This document shows positions 11,453-23,554 of a stretch of 64,000 nt of DNA, in pieces. Below the pieces are notes generated by a model. That model saw only the letters and a list, made by a program, of their open reading frames with translations. It was not told the origin of the DNA and made no database searches. The stretch is taken from NCBI RefSeq assembly GCF_004010195.1, contig NC_057758.1, positions 1,877,542 through 1,941,541 on the forward strand, read 5' to 3'. The DNA is from Chiloscyllium plagiosum. Its lineage: Eukaryota. The position numbers and the translations under genes were made by a program. Position 1 is the stretch's first letter. Each line of letters opens with the position of its first letter.

Positions 11453-12279
11453 TGTGTAACTCCCGTTTGGAAACTTTCAATCTTTTGGCCTCAACTGCTT
11501 TGTGACTCAGAGAGTCCCACTAGCGCTCCACTTTCTTGGTGACGACATTTCTTGCCATCTTACTTCAGCACCATTTTCTCAATCTTCAACCCCAGTTCTG
11601 AATTCTCAAGTCATTGTGAATATCCTTCCTGTGCTTACCCTGTCCTATCCTGTTCAAAAGTTAGAGGATTCCAGAAGATCATCTTATCCCACTCGCTCTC
11701 CATTCTTAAATATTGCATTGAACAAATACCTAACTGATGTAGTCTCCTGTCACTCATCAGTCCAGCCACTTCAGGAATCATTCTGGTAAGTTTTTCTTAA
11801 TGTACTCACGCCATCGCCAGGCATGTCAACCTCAGATAAGGAGAACAAAACACCCCAAAGTCCTCGTGGTGTCATTTCATCCGTGCAGCAGGACATCCCT
11901 AATCGAATCCTTTCACAATGAAGGTCAACATGCCATTGGCCTTTGTCACCTCGTGTTGAATTCGCAATTTTTATTTTCAGTAACTCGTGCAAAAAAGACA
12001 CCTCGGTCCCATAGCTCCTTCTTTTCCCCATACTATTATCATTCAGGTAAAATACATCTTGCTACTTTGATGGATAATTTCAAATTTATTCACTAAATGT
12101 TGAGTCTTCCATGCATTTTTCCACTCACTCAACTTGTTCAAATCCCACTGAAATCCATTTGCATTCTCGTCATAACTCACTCTCCTACCTAGATTTGTGT
12201 CAGCTATCCTGAAATCCATGGAAGTGAGTGTTTGTACTCTCCAATCATCTTCTTGATATCAGAAAATTATAATATCAAA

Positions 12280-13570
12280 AGCCTTTCCAGAATCACGATT
12301 TCTACTTTCTTCACCAGCGTGTGATTAAAATCATTCAGAGCAGACAACTGATTCAAATTTTATCAATGACAATTGAGGCTGGCCAGCAGAATATATTAAC
12401 GGGAAACAGTAGATGTAACATGCTTTAATGTAAAAAAAAGTTTTATAAGATACCACACATTGGCCAACTTTAGAAATAAGCACACATGGTGTTGGACTGC
12501 ACACATGAGCCTGGATAAAGAATTGGCACCAACATAAGACAAAGAGTTAGATAAGGAAGCATTTCCAGGATGACAACCTGCAACTAATGGATGCCTCAGG
12601 GATCAGTGCTGTTGCCACAGTTATTTGCAATACATATTAATAATCTGTATGAGCAAAGTGAATTTACTAAGTCCAAGACTGCACATGATGGTGAAAATAG
12701 GTTAAGAACAATTGGCACGGATAAGACAAAGAGTCTCCAGCAGGAAACAAACAGGCATAGTGAGTAATCAAAAACACATTGAATTTGGAATATAAAGTGG
12801 GGAAATGGATGGTCCTTCACTTTAGCAAGAAGATTAGAGTAGAAAGACTGCAGAAAAGTACAAAACAGTGCAAATGTAGAGTCTGCATAAACGAAGCATG
12901 AAAAAAAAATCAAGCGTCCAAGTTCACCAGATAATAGAAACGACAAAGGTAAAGTTGGCCCTTAATTCAAAAGGAATGAAATATAAAAGTAGGGAGGTTT
13001 TTTGAAAAGTATTCAAGATACTAGTCGAACTACAGCTAGAAAATTGTGAACAGTCCCCAGCCTCTTACTGTCATGGGGGGCAGTCTAGCGAATGCTCACT
13101 CGACGAATCCTGGAGAGGCGGGGGGTGGGGGGGATTGTCTAATATGGAAATTTCAGTCAGTTAGGCTTAGAATGATCAGAGTTTAGGTTGTGCTCTATTG
13201 AATTATACACAATGCTGAGACGATTTCAGAGGCTAGATGAGGAGAGGTTGTATTCCCTTGTGAGAAAAATTATGACAGAGCACATCATCTCACAATACGG
13301 GGTTTTCCATTTAAGACAGAGATGATGAGGAATTCCTTCTCTCAGAGGTTAGTGAATCTGTGGAACTCATTGCACAAAAGGTTCTCCAGGCTGGTTCATC
13401 CATTATATTCAAAGCCACCGCAGGTACATTTTGAGGCAATAATGTAAATCGAATTTTATGTAGAAAAGACAGGAAAGTGCTGTTCAGGATGATCACATTA
13501 GCCATGATATCATTGAATAATGGAGCAGTACTGATGAGGTTAATGGCCTCCTCCTGATATAAGTCTTCTC
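12280..13570 (+). mobile_element. Old CR1 LINE 3' portion
   Basis: cctcagggatcagtgctg..; ttcttctctcagagg..gtgaatctgtggaactc; tail gatcacattagccatgat..aatggcct. Confidence 0.7.
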
Positions 13571-14189
13571 ACATGAATACAATCATAATCTGTTGTAGAG
13601 TCGTAAAGTCATACAGCATAGAAATAAACCCTTTTGTCCAACCAGTCCATGCTGAACTTAACCGCAAACTAAATGAGTGCCCCTGTGAGCCACACGAGAA
13701 CCAGCCTCTGTGCAAAAAAAAACTTCCCTATGTCTTTTCAAAATCTCTCTCTTCACACCTTAAACATATGCCCCTAGTCTAGAAATCCCACACGAATGGA
13801 AAATACACCGACAATCAATGCTACCCATTCGACTCATATTTTTGTAAACTCCAAGAAGGTCACCCCTCAACCTCCTGCGCTTCAGAGAAAGAAATTCCAG
13901 CCGATCCAGCTTTTCCTGATAACGTTTCCATGCTCATCTATTGCAAAACCTTCCTATATATCAACGTATGTTTCACAGGGAATGGGTTCAAGTTTTCAGA
14001 GCAATGCCAGAGGAATTAATGCGGACACGTAGAAGTGAGAACATCAGTACGAAACTGAAATACAATTTCTTACTACTACTTAATGCAACTTCACTTCCTT
14101 CAAAGGATATTTGATGATAGGAGCCCGACGGGCTTCTTCAGATGCTGACCATTTTATTTCAGATATAAAAATGTGACAATGTGACTAAA

Positions 14190-14633
14190 CTCATTTGGCT
14201 GTGGATCAAATAGCTGAGCTGGGTTGCTATGTTTCCTCAACAATTCGAATTTATCCAATCAGTTAAAACTATGATCCAAGATACTTAAACTCAACCGAAT
14301 TTGAATTTTACTGTTTTGAAAATATCAAACCAATGAGACGATCCTATTTTGGAGGGTTTAAAATTCAGGTATTTTGAACGGTTACCAGCGAGACCAAGAG
14401 CACCTACTGTCATACAAAATCCCCTCAGATCTGCTGTCTGAAAGCTGCCTTGTCAGATGAAAAGTCTGTGCAGCAGAAGACCGAAGAGGACCCAAAAATT
14501 GCAGAAAATAGATCGACACAGCTGGAAGGTTTTGAAACTTGATGGGGCTTTATCGGATGTTATTATAAACTAGGAGATAGATATCTGTGTGCCTGCTTTA
14601 AATTAGCAGAAGGACTTACCCCGTATCGTAACA
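14190..14633 (+). repeat. 5' LTR (partial) of the Gmr1-type element
   Basis: Shares blocks with 19512-20164 (gctgagctgggttg; ctgtgcagcagaagaccgaag; ttagcaga..cgtaaca); followed by the PBS. Confidence 0.75.
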
Positions 14634-17600
14634 ATTTGGGACTCGAGTCCGTAATTTAGACAGGTTTTGTCGGGTTCAGTCTGAAAGGTGGGCAGTGTTC
14701 CACAGATTTGTGGTTTGGAAGATAATAATAAATGTAAGCACTTGCTGATTAGTGTCCTCGATCTTTAAATAGCATGCAGCTGAGATAGTTCGTGTATTTT
14801 CCGTTCCTTGAGGCAGGTTATAATCAAGGTGAGAAAAATGGCCTTTAAAACTGCTAACGAGTTTCTGGAGTAAAAAGGTGCTTCCCAAAATTTTCAAAGG
14901 AAGTTCAGAAAATAAACCAAAAACATTATCTTAGAATTAGCAAAGAGGTAAGAATCGGGTTTAACCAGGGGCAAAAGGAGAGCTTAAATTGTAAGGGAAG
15001 TATTCAAACACTCAATTATGTCAGAGAAACAGACAAGTACAGTAGAGTTAGAAAAACGTAAATTACATTGGGGGAAAATGGATTTGGAAGACAAACAAAG
15101 AGAGAGAGAAAGAGAAGAAAGAGCAAGGGAGGAAAACCAAAGAGAGGGAGAGGAAAAAGAACGCGAGAGAAGATTCTCAGCTGAGCAAAGAGAGAAGGTA
15201 GTATGCACACATGTGTTAAAACGTAACCATATTTTGACGAGACAGATGTCGAAGCCTTCTTTATTTCATTTGAAAAGTTCGCTGGGCAGATGGAGTCATC
15301 AGGGGACGTGTGGATACTGCTAGTTCAAACTAAACGGGTCGGCAGAGCTATTGAGGTGTCAGATGTCAAGACATTATTACGAGGTCAAACAGGCTATGTT
15401 AAGCGCTTTGGAATTGGTAACAGAAGCATACAGGCAGTGATTCAGAAACATAAATACCACGTTGAGTGGTAAAGTGGGAAAGGTCAAGTCACAGTGCTAG
15501 TCGTTAAAAAAAGACACTGCGAGAATAGATGTGGTAGAAGAAGCTAAGCCAGTGGCATTGATGAAATTAGTGAAGGAAACAAGATTAAAATTCGAAGAGT
15601 TACAGGAGAGTGCACAGCGTAGTCAGGAGCTGGGTGTGTCGTTTTTGCCTGATCTCCATAAATAATTTGTCTCCGTGGGTCATGTTTATTCAGAGAGAAC
15701 GAAGGAGGAATGCAAGAAGCTTTAATTTTGAGAGATTCAGTACCTAATCAGTCACTAATACAAAGAGATGAACGTATTGGCACTCTTTCTAACCTTTTAA
15801 CCGAGAATGATGAATTGTGGGATAGATAGACAGCAATTTAGCGTTCCCCTATGTAAGATAAGGCTGGTTTGGAAAATCAAATCTGCTGAAGTAACAGTGG
15901 GTGTGAATTTAAGAGTGTCAGTTCCAGAAATCCAGTTCGTTCTTGGGAACAACTTAGCAGGCTCCAAGATGGGAGTGACACCCCTTCTTGTGGAGAAGCC
16001 CAATGAAGACCATGGAATTGAGGAGTTAATAGAAAAAACTATCCTGGTATTTTCCCAGACTGTGTAAGAACACGATAGCACTATCACAAGTCAAAGTACG
16101 AATCAAAAGCTAAACGGAAAGATTAGTTAAGAGTAGAGAAGACCTATAAGACTCGAAAAGAGATTATTCTGGTGGAGGAGTTTAAAAACTTACTTTCAGA
16201 GATGATAAGATTTCATGTGGATGAACATAAAGTTAATTAAGTGCGAAGTGCATCAGAAATGGCAGAAGAATATACCTTATTTGAAATATTAGTACAGAAT
16301 AATCTGAACAGACAGAGAGTCAGACAAACGAATGTTTTGTCCTGAAATGCTAATGGACTTACAACAGAAAGACGAGTAAATAAGAGATCTATATTTTGAT
16401 GTGTACTCAGAAAAGGAGGCTGGGAATATTCCTGGCGGTTATTATTTGAACGATAGAATGCTGAGACGGAAATGGAGACCACCGCAGCTTCGTGCAGAGG
16501 AGAAATGGACCAATTTGCACTAAATTGTGTTTCCAGTGGCGCACAAACTGTAAACGTTATGGGTAACACATGAATGACCTTTAGAAGGTCAGCGCAGTAT
16601 CCGAAAGACTCCAGCTAAGATAGAAAAGCATGCCTATTGGCCTGGATGTGAGTAACGTTTACCATATGCATCAGACACGCCAATTGGTAGCTTAGCCAAT
16701 GGCAGTCATAAAACCAGCAACTTTGTGCCATTTTCCGCATGAGAAGAACCTTTCAAGTTGATTATAATTCAGCGTGTAGGTCCCATCCCGAGAACTAAAA
16801 GTGGAAACCAGTACTTGATAAATATAATAGATGTGTCTACCGGATTTCGGAGGCAATTCCATTAAGACAAAAAGAATGGAAAAGGAGTTAGTAGCTTTGT
16901 TCATGTGGGCTACCCAGAGAGGTTCAGTCAAACCAACCGTCTAATTTTACTGATAGGCTGTTAAAGGAAGTCAAGGATGGCTTCCATATACAACACTTTA
17001 AATCAAGTCCCGATCATTGTGAAGCCCAGGGAGTTTTACAAAAGTGGCACCAGACCATGAAGACCATATTGAGAGCATGCCATTACGATTAGCCAAATGA
17101 TTGGAATAAAGGTATCCCATTCGTATGACTTGCCATTAGAGATGCCACAAACGAATCTACTCAGTTTACTCCGTTTGAGTTAATATTCTGACATGAAGTA
17201 TTTTCAAATTAATTAAAGAGAAATTGACAGGATCTAATTCGGAGATTATTGTAGGTGAGGGACATATTAAATCATGTAGCTGAGTTATCAAACAGTACCT
17301 GAAAATGGCAAAGCATGGAATGAAGCAGGTGGCAGATTATAAACTCTGACATATGGATATTTTCCCGTGGAGATGACATCAATCTATTGTTACCAGAGAT
17401 CGGAGATCCCTTCAAGTTTCTTCGTGGCCCCTTTCAAATGGAGAAAACGTTGAGTCAGGTGATCTATCTGGTAAAGATGCCAGATTCAAAAACACTGTCT
17501 TGCGTATGTTATGTTAACATGTAGAAACCTTATTATAATAGGGGAAAGGAACTGGATGATCAGGTGTGAGTTGCTGCTCTGCAGAGTGAGGAATGAATTC

Positions 17601-18785
17601 CAGGTGTTGTGGATATTCATGTGTCTCAAAATACGTTCGATATTGAGGAAATTCATAAAGAGTGGGATCAGCGAGTAAACAATCTGTCTGAAGAGCAAAG
17701 AGCACAGTTGAAAGCCTTGTTACAGCAGTATAAAGACATATGAAGGAATAAGATCCGGAGGAATAATGCTATTGTGCATGAGGTAGACGTAGGGAATGCT
17801 GTACTGGGAAAACATCACCTCTCTTTGCTTAATCCTTTCAAAGCCATACAGGTCCAGAAGGATGTGGAAGCGATGCTCAACGAAGATATCATCGAACCGA
17901 GTCAGAGCGAGTGGAGTTTGCTGATCGTGTTAATTCCTAAACCTGACGGATTTAACGAAATTGCATGGGCTATCTCGAAGGACAACACCGGAACAAAATC
18001 GGAATCATACCCAAGAGCAAGATTGGAGGACTTTACAGACAAATTTGGACAAGCCAGTTACATCACAAAGTTAGACTTACTGTGTCGTTATTGGCAGGTA
18101 AATTTATCAGAGAAAGCGAAAAACAAATCTGCATTTGTCACACCAAATATCAATTCAATGCCCTTTGGAATGAGAAATGCCCCACCAGATTCCAAACACT
18201 CATGAACAGAATTGTAGCTCAGGTAACAAACTGTGTAGTCGATTTGGTCAATGTAGTGATCTTTAGTGAGCCATGGAAAGCGTTCTTCTAATGATTCAGA
18301 GAAGTAAAACTGGTAATAAACGTTAAAAAAAACTGAATTCGTGAGAGCAGAGTTGACATTGTTGGGACATAACATCAGTTATAGAAAGTTGGCTCCAAGG
18401 AGCGCGAAATCTAACGCCAAATAGTAATTTCGATGACCAACCTCGAAGAAATAGTTGCTTCAATTTTTGGACGAAGAAGATTCTATTGGAAGTTTATTCC
18501 AAACTTCAGCAGCGTAGTGGCACCTTCTTCTTCTTGCTAAAGAAGAACAAAAACTTTGGTGGACCAAACAATGCCAAGAAGGCATTTGATAATGTAAAAT
18601 CAGTATTAACCACAGCACCACTTGTAGCTACACCAAACTTTTCGAAGACCGTCACAGTTGCCATCGCTGCAAATGACGTAAGTGTTGGAGCAGGATAGCT
18701 CCAGAAAAATGATGATGAATTTGAAGTGCTGGTTGGTTACTTTTCAAAGAAAAGCAACACCCATCAGAGAAGATGCTCTACAATT

Positions 18786-19098
18786 CATGAGTGGCTCAAT
18801 GGTTAGCACTACTGCCTCACAGTACCAGGGTCCTGGGTTCGATTCCCACTTGTTTGTGTGGAGTTTGCACGTTCTCCCTGCGTCTGCGTGGGTTTCCAGC
18901 GGGTGATCGTGTTTTCTCCCACAATCCAAAGATGTGCAGGTCAGGGGAATTGGCCATGCTAAATTGCCCACAGTGTTAGGCGCGCTAGTCAGGAGTAAGT
19001 ATAGGGTAGGGGAATGGGCTTCGGTGGGTTTCTCTTCGGAGGGGCAGTGTGGACTTGTTGGACCGAAGGGCCTGTTTCCACACTGCAGAGATTGTAAT
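18786..19098 (+). mobile_element. tRNA-derived V-SINE (HE1-like) inserted in the Gypsy RNase H region
   Basis: A box TGGCTCAATGG, B box GGTTCGATTCC, V-domain tgtgtggagtttgcacgttctccc, tail gggcctgtttccacactg; TSD CAATT at 18781-18785 and 19099-19103. Confidence 0.9.
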
Positions 19099-19511
19099 CA
19101 ATTGGAAAGAAATTTTAGATTTGGTACTGGCCTTACAACATATTAATGTTTCTGCCACGATCAAGTGTCAAATAGGGTTGTGGACACCGGTCACAATCCT
19201 CTTACATTATTGAAAAGATTTAGGGACAAGTGTATGAAACTATTTCGTTGGAGTCTTATGTTACAGACTCTTGATTTATAAATCGCAAATGTTGCGGTTC
19301 GGAAGTATCTAATAGCAGTTGCGTTATCGTGGATTTAACCAAGAAAGTATAGATGAGATTGAATAGATAACAATACTATATATATCTATATCTGAATATT
19401 TAAGTTAATATGAACTGAGATTTATGACTTATGAATTTCATCGTAACAGATTTAAGAATTAGAAGAAAAAGCCATCTTTTCATTATGATGGCTCGGTTTG
19501 CTTAAGTGGGT

Positions 19512-20164
19512 GCTATCAATTTGCAGATGTCTACTGCACGTTTAAGACAGTAAAAACTGGAAAACATTTAACAGGCACAGATTCTGCTGGAAAACATAGA
19601 AATATTGTAGTTGGATATGAAATAAAGAGCTGAGCTGGGTTGGCATGTTTCCACAACAATTCAAATTTAAATTGTCAGTTTAAATTAAGGCCCAACACAA
19701 TCAATGAGACGATCCGATATTTTGGCAATAAAAATCAGACATTTTGAACAATTATTAGGGAGACCAAGGAAACTTACTGTCATACAACTGCCCACAGACC
19801 CACTCTGTGAAATAACATTTCACATGAAAAATCTGTGCAGCAGAAGACCGAAGCTGACCCAGGATGATACAGAGGAGGATCGGCACAGGTGGTTGGTCTT
19901 GAATCTTGATTTTTTTTCTAAATTTTCTCGAGGCTTTCGCGGATCAGTATGTTGTAACAGAGTAAATGAATAGTTAAGACAAATAAAACTTACAGTGTAG
20001 AGAGTGGTTGTTTAATGTTCTCTTTTGGAGTTAAACAGTAAATCCTTTTTTTCATTAAATACTTGAATTCTCTGTCACTGTTACTTAAACAAATTACGAG
20101 GCTAGGGGAGATTTTGTGTGTGTCTGGTTAAAGTTAGCAGACGAGATTCCCTCCTGTCGTAACA
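19512..20164 (+). repeat. 3' LTR of the Gmr1-type element
   Basis: Follows a degenerate polypurine tract near 19502-19512; homologous to the 5' LTR; ends TGTCGTAACA. Confidence 0.75.
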
Positions 20165-20882
20165 ATAACAAAGATGTGGGTGTAACTTGAAGAGAATTAA
20201 AAACAGCAGAACTACTGGACACAGCATCAAGTGTTCTCAATAAGGCAACAATGTAACACTTGGTCGAACAACTCGATTAGTTCATTGCCTATGGACATAA
20301 ACAAATACGAATTCAGCCATTCAATTTACGTTATACCCGGAAAAATATACACCATTTCCAATCAAGTTTGAATTGAGTATTTGATAATCTTAAAATCCAC
20401 TGACACAATCCGATGCTCTGGGGAATAAGATCGGTGAAAAATTGAACAGCTGAGAAGAGAACTGCCAAGTACTCGCATGTAATAGACTGCTTGAAAAAAT
20501 AATCTCTCTTAAAAGTACCTTTTTGATCAGTAACCTGTGACGCAGAAATTCCAAACAAGGAGAAAAGAAGACACGGGAACATCTGAAGACAAGAACCTTC
20601 AGCTGCTTGGTTTTGAGATAAGAAGTGTTGTTTTGTAAATCTTTCTTTTGGATTTTATCGGACTAGTATTATAAAAGGGAAGTTACAAGATACGTTAGAG
20701 TAAGAACTTGTAAATTTGTTGTTAGTTAATTATTCTCCAATATACTTTAAGAAATAAAGTTCTTATTTTTTACTTTAAATCGTTCTTGGCCACTCGAATC
20801 TTTACAGATTACTGCACGGGGTAAAACTTTTCTGTGTTGGTGGTGTTAAATTGAGCAGGGGAGTTTACCCCGTGTCGTAACA
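20165..20882 (+). repeat. Additional related LTR directly abutting the 3' LTR
   Basis: Same family blocks and end (..agcaggggagtttaccccgtgtcgTAACA at 20882); AATAAA near 20753; no PBS after it. Confidence 0.7.
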
Positions 20883-21643
20883 TGACACAAATGTCAACAG
20901 ATTGCCGTCATGATGTCTCGGGGAGTAGTGTAATTGCCTCTGTCTGTGAACCAGGAGCCCAGGATTCATGTCTCACTTGCTCTAGATATGTGTAATAGCG
21001 TCTCTCTACAGGTCATTAGCAAATACCTAGAGCAGGAGTGGAACTTCCTTGTATCAATTTTGTTGCGTGAGATTTGTATACAATTGTTCATAACAACATA
21101 AGATCTGAGTTATTGCCTCCAGATATGTTCTGGACGCAGATGCTTGTTGTGTTATATACATTTTATTTTCAGTGAACTGTCTAATTCGGTACCATTTTTG
21201 GACACACAAGATTTCACCGAGCGTCCAGAAGATAGCAGGAGGCAGTGACACACTTGTCCACAAAACCTCAAACAACAAAATTGAAACAACAAAGCTCACT
21301 GGAGTCACCCAACTCCTATGACAATTTGAAATATTATGCTGATCTGTCTTCACCTTTCCTTTAACTCCCTTCCACTATCTATTTCACGCTTGGCGACATC
21401 TTAACACTTGGAGACATCCCAAAAATGTCCTTATATTGTGAGCAGTTGAATGAGTTCTGTTTACTCCGTGATTGTCATTAAAAAGACACCTGCTTCAAAT
21501 GTGTACTCACTTAGTGTGGCATCACCATGGAAACTAACTGTGTCCTTTGAGATTTTTCCTCTGCTATTAGTAGTCGACGATATTCAGGAGATTTTCAGTG
21601 AGAGAATCTCCTCCGATTCAATTAGAGATCAATACGTGTGGAT

Positions 21644-21833
21644 ATGATGGATATGATAGATCAGAATTTTAAAAATATTAGTGGAAATTCTACTGTTGGT
21701 AGAACTTTCTCCTCGGAGTTCGTCTATCTTTCGACAAGTTATGATAGGATACCACTAGCCTCCAGGATCAACTTGAGTCTTCAGATAATTCAACATATCT
21801 ACTACCCTTTCCTAGCCATCATTGGTGTGCCCG
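21644..21833 (+). CDS. GPR139-like class A orphan GPCR, coding exon 1 (N-terminus and first half of TM1)
   Basis: ATG 21644; MMDMIDQNFKNISGNSTV..IQHIYYPFLAIIGVP with N-glycosylation sequons; donor G|GTGAGT at 21833/21834 (phase 1) joins exon 2 in frame. Confidence 0.85.
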
Positions 21834-22739
21834 GTGAGTCTCCCCATCTGGTTAGTAATGATAAGTGTTGTCAGTTAGTTCGTGTGGGTTGGTGTGTAAC
21901 GTGGAAAGATTCAAATAACACGAGTTCAGTTCTCAGCACTCTCTTTCTCAACCTTAACTGTTGCATAGTTGCCTTCAGGTTAGCTCATCACTGGTCGTCT
22001 CTATCTCTCGCTCTCTCAAATGAGAACGTGGTACTGTGCAACAATGAAAGATGTAATTTTGCATTCACAGTACATTTAATGACGTCAAATCATTGTATTC
22101 TATTACAAGTTCAATGCAGAATGACTTATTTCAGCCTTAAACCATTCTCAGTCAATCGCTGAGATTGACTTTCGCAATTTGAGTTATAAGGAGGGGCTTG
22201 AAAACATGAGTGTTTGTTTGTTTGGAGCATCGGAGGCTGAGCGGTGACCACATAGAGATTTATAAATTCAGGAGGGCCACAGCCAAGGTCTTTCCCCCAT
22301 GGTATGGGAGTCGCAAACAAGTAGGCATAGTTTTAACGTGAAAGGGGAAAGATTTTAAAGCGAAGTAAGGGATACATTTGCCAGGACTTGGCCAATATCG
22401 CTCTACCAGTCCTGTTCATATACCCATCCTGATACCTTGAAATGTTATAATTGGACCAGCCTCCATCACTTCTTCTGGCACCACATTCCGTAAGCACACT
22501 ACCATTTGATGAATGCTAGTACAATGAAACATCTAAAGGGCATCTGGATGGATATTTTAATAGGGATGGTTTGGAGATGCATTGGCAAAATGCAAACAAA
22601 TCCGATTCGATTAATTTAGAATATCTAGTCGTTTAAGGCAAGTTGGACCAAATGATCTGTTTGCTGCTATCCATCTCTTTGACACTATAATACTGAGAGC
22701 GAAACAATGGTTGTGTCATTGAAGTACTGAACAAGGAAG

Positions 22740-23340
22740 GCATTGTACAATTTAAAACAAGGAATGTTCCTGAAGACAATCGGATAGAATAGGAATGAAG
22801 GCTACCACAACGGTATTGGGGTGTATTCCAAAGAACATCCAAGAGTGAGAAAAAACATTTCACCTGCGCAGGAACAATAGTGTGAAAACCAAATTGATGT
22901 CATTTCAGGAGTGTTTACTTACTCAAATAACACGTGTTTATAACTTTGAAATAAAGGGGAAAACTACTTGAACTATCATCGGAGAATGTGTGTAGTATCA
23001 ATGCCTATAAAGCAGAACAACCTGACAAAACCTCAGCAAAAACACACTTACCTGATGTCAGTGGATAGGAGAAGCATCAACTGAAGGTAACGACATATAC
23101 CCTGTTCATTATTCTTCCACTTGTTAAGTTTGAGAAACAGCAGAAACTGTTGATGCTGGTACATGGCTGGAAATACCGTTTTGCAAAGGGAGATGGAGAT
23201 GCACGTGGACAACTTTTCTCCTGAACTGTAGCTCGGATTTTGAGCGTCCGTACTCAAACAAAAATTGAAGTGTTGAAGGAGAGAATGCAGAGCAATTTTG
23301 GTGTATGGACATTTTACATTCTGTAAGATGTTAAGCAACG
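22740..23340 (+). mobile_element. Possible highly degraded LTR-retrotransposon integrase remnant (intronic)
   Basis: Weak residual similarity only (C..C-like region near 22990, DN motif near 23208); multiple stops. Confidence 0.3.
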
Positions 23341-23554
23341 GTAAGTACTGTCGTAGGTCCTGTAGGTATCAATTATTTTTATCTTTGTACGCAAGGTGGC
23401 ATTTGTTGAATTACACGTGAAAGCAGTTTAGGTGTATGGAAAGTGGAGAGGATATACTCAAATGTAGCCAAGGCAACTTAGGACTGTGAAATTTCATGCA
23501 GAGAGCTGTGAGATGACATAGTTTGACACACTGATGCAGAATAATGCGAAGTCG

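Larger units (their letters stand above)
14190..20164 (+). mobile_element. Near full-length but decayed Gmr1-type Gypsy LTR retrotransposon (LTR-gag-PR-INT-RT-RH-LTR)
   Basis: 5' LTR ends ..GTAACA at 14633, then degenerate Pro PBS TGGGACTCGAGTCCG; gag DVEAFFISFEK..WILLVQTK..GRA; protease VTVGV..QFVLGNNLAG; integrase PRTKSGNQYL and FTPFELIF about 16780-17190; RT 17774-18400; RNase H to about 19330; 3' LTR ends ..GTAACA at 20164. Confidence 0.9.

Noticed and set aside
18790..18850. tRNA-like A/B boxes (also at 36120 and 62207)
   Set aside because: SINE heads continuing into the V-domain; not tRNA genes
21834..22162. C-terminal part of the 174-aa ORF 21638-22162
   Set aside because: Read-through into the intron beyond a strong donor; GPCR similarity stops at GVP
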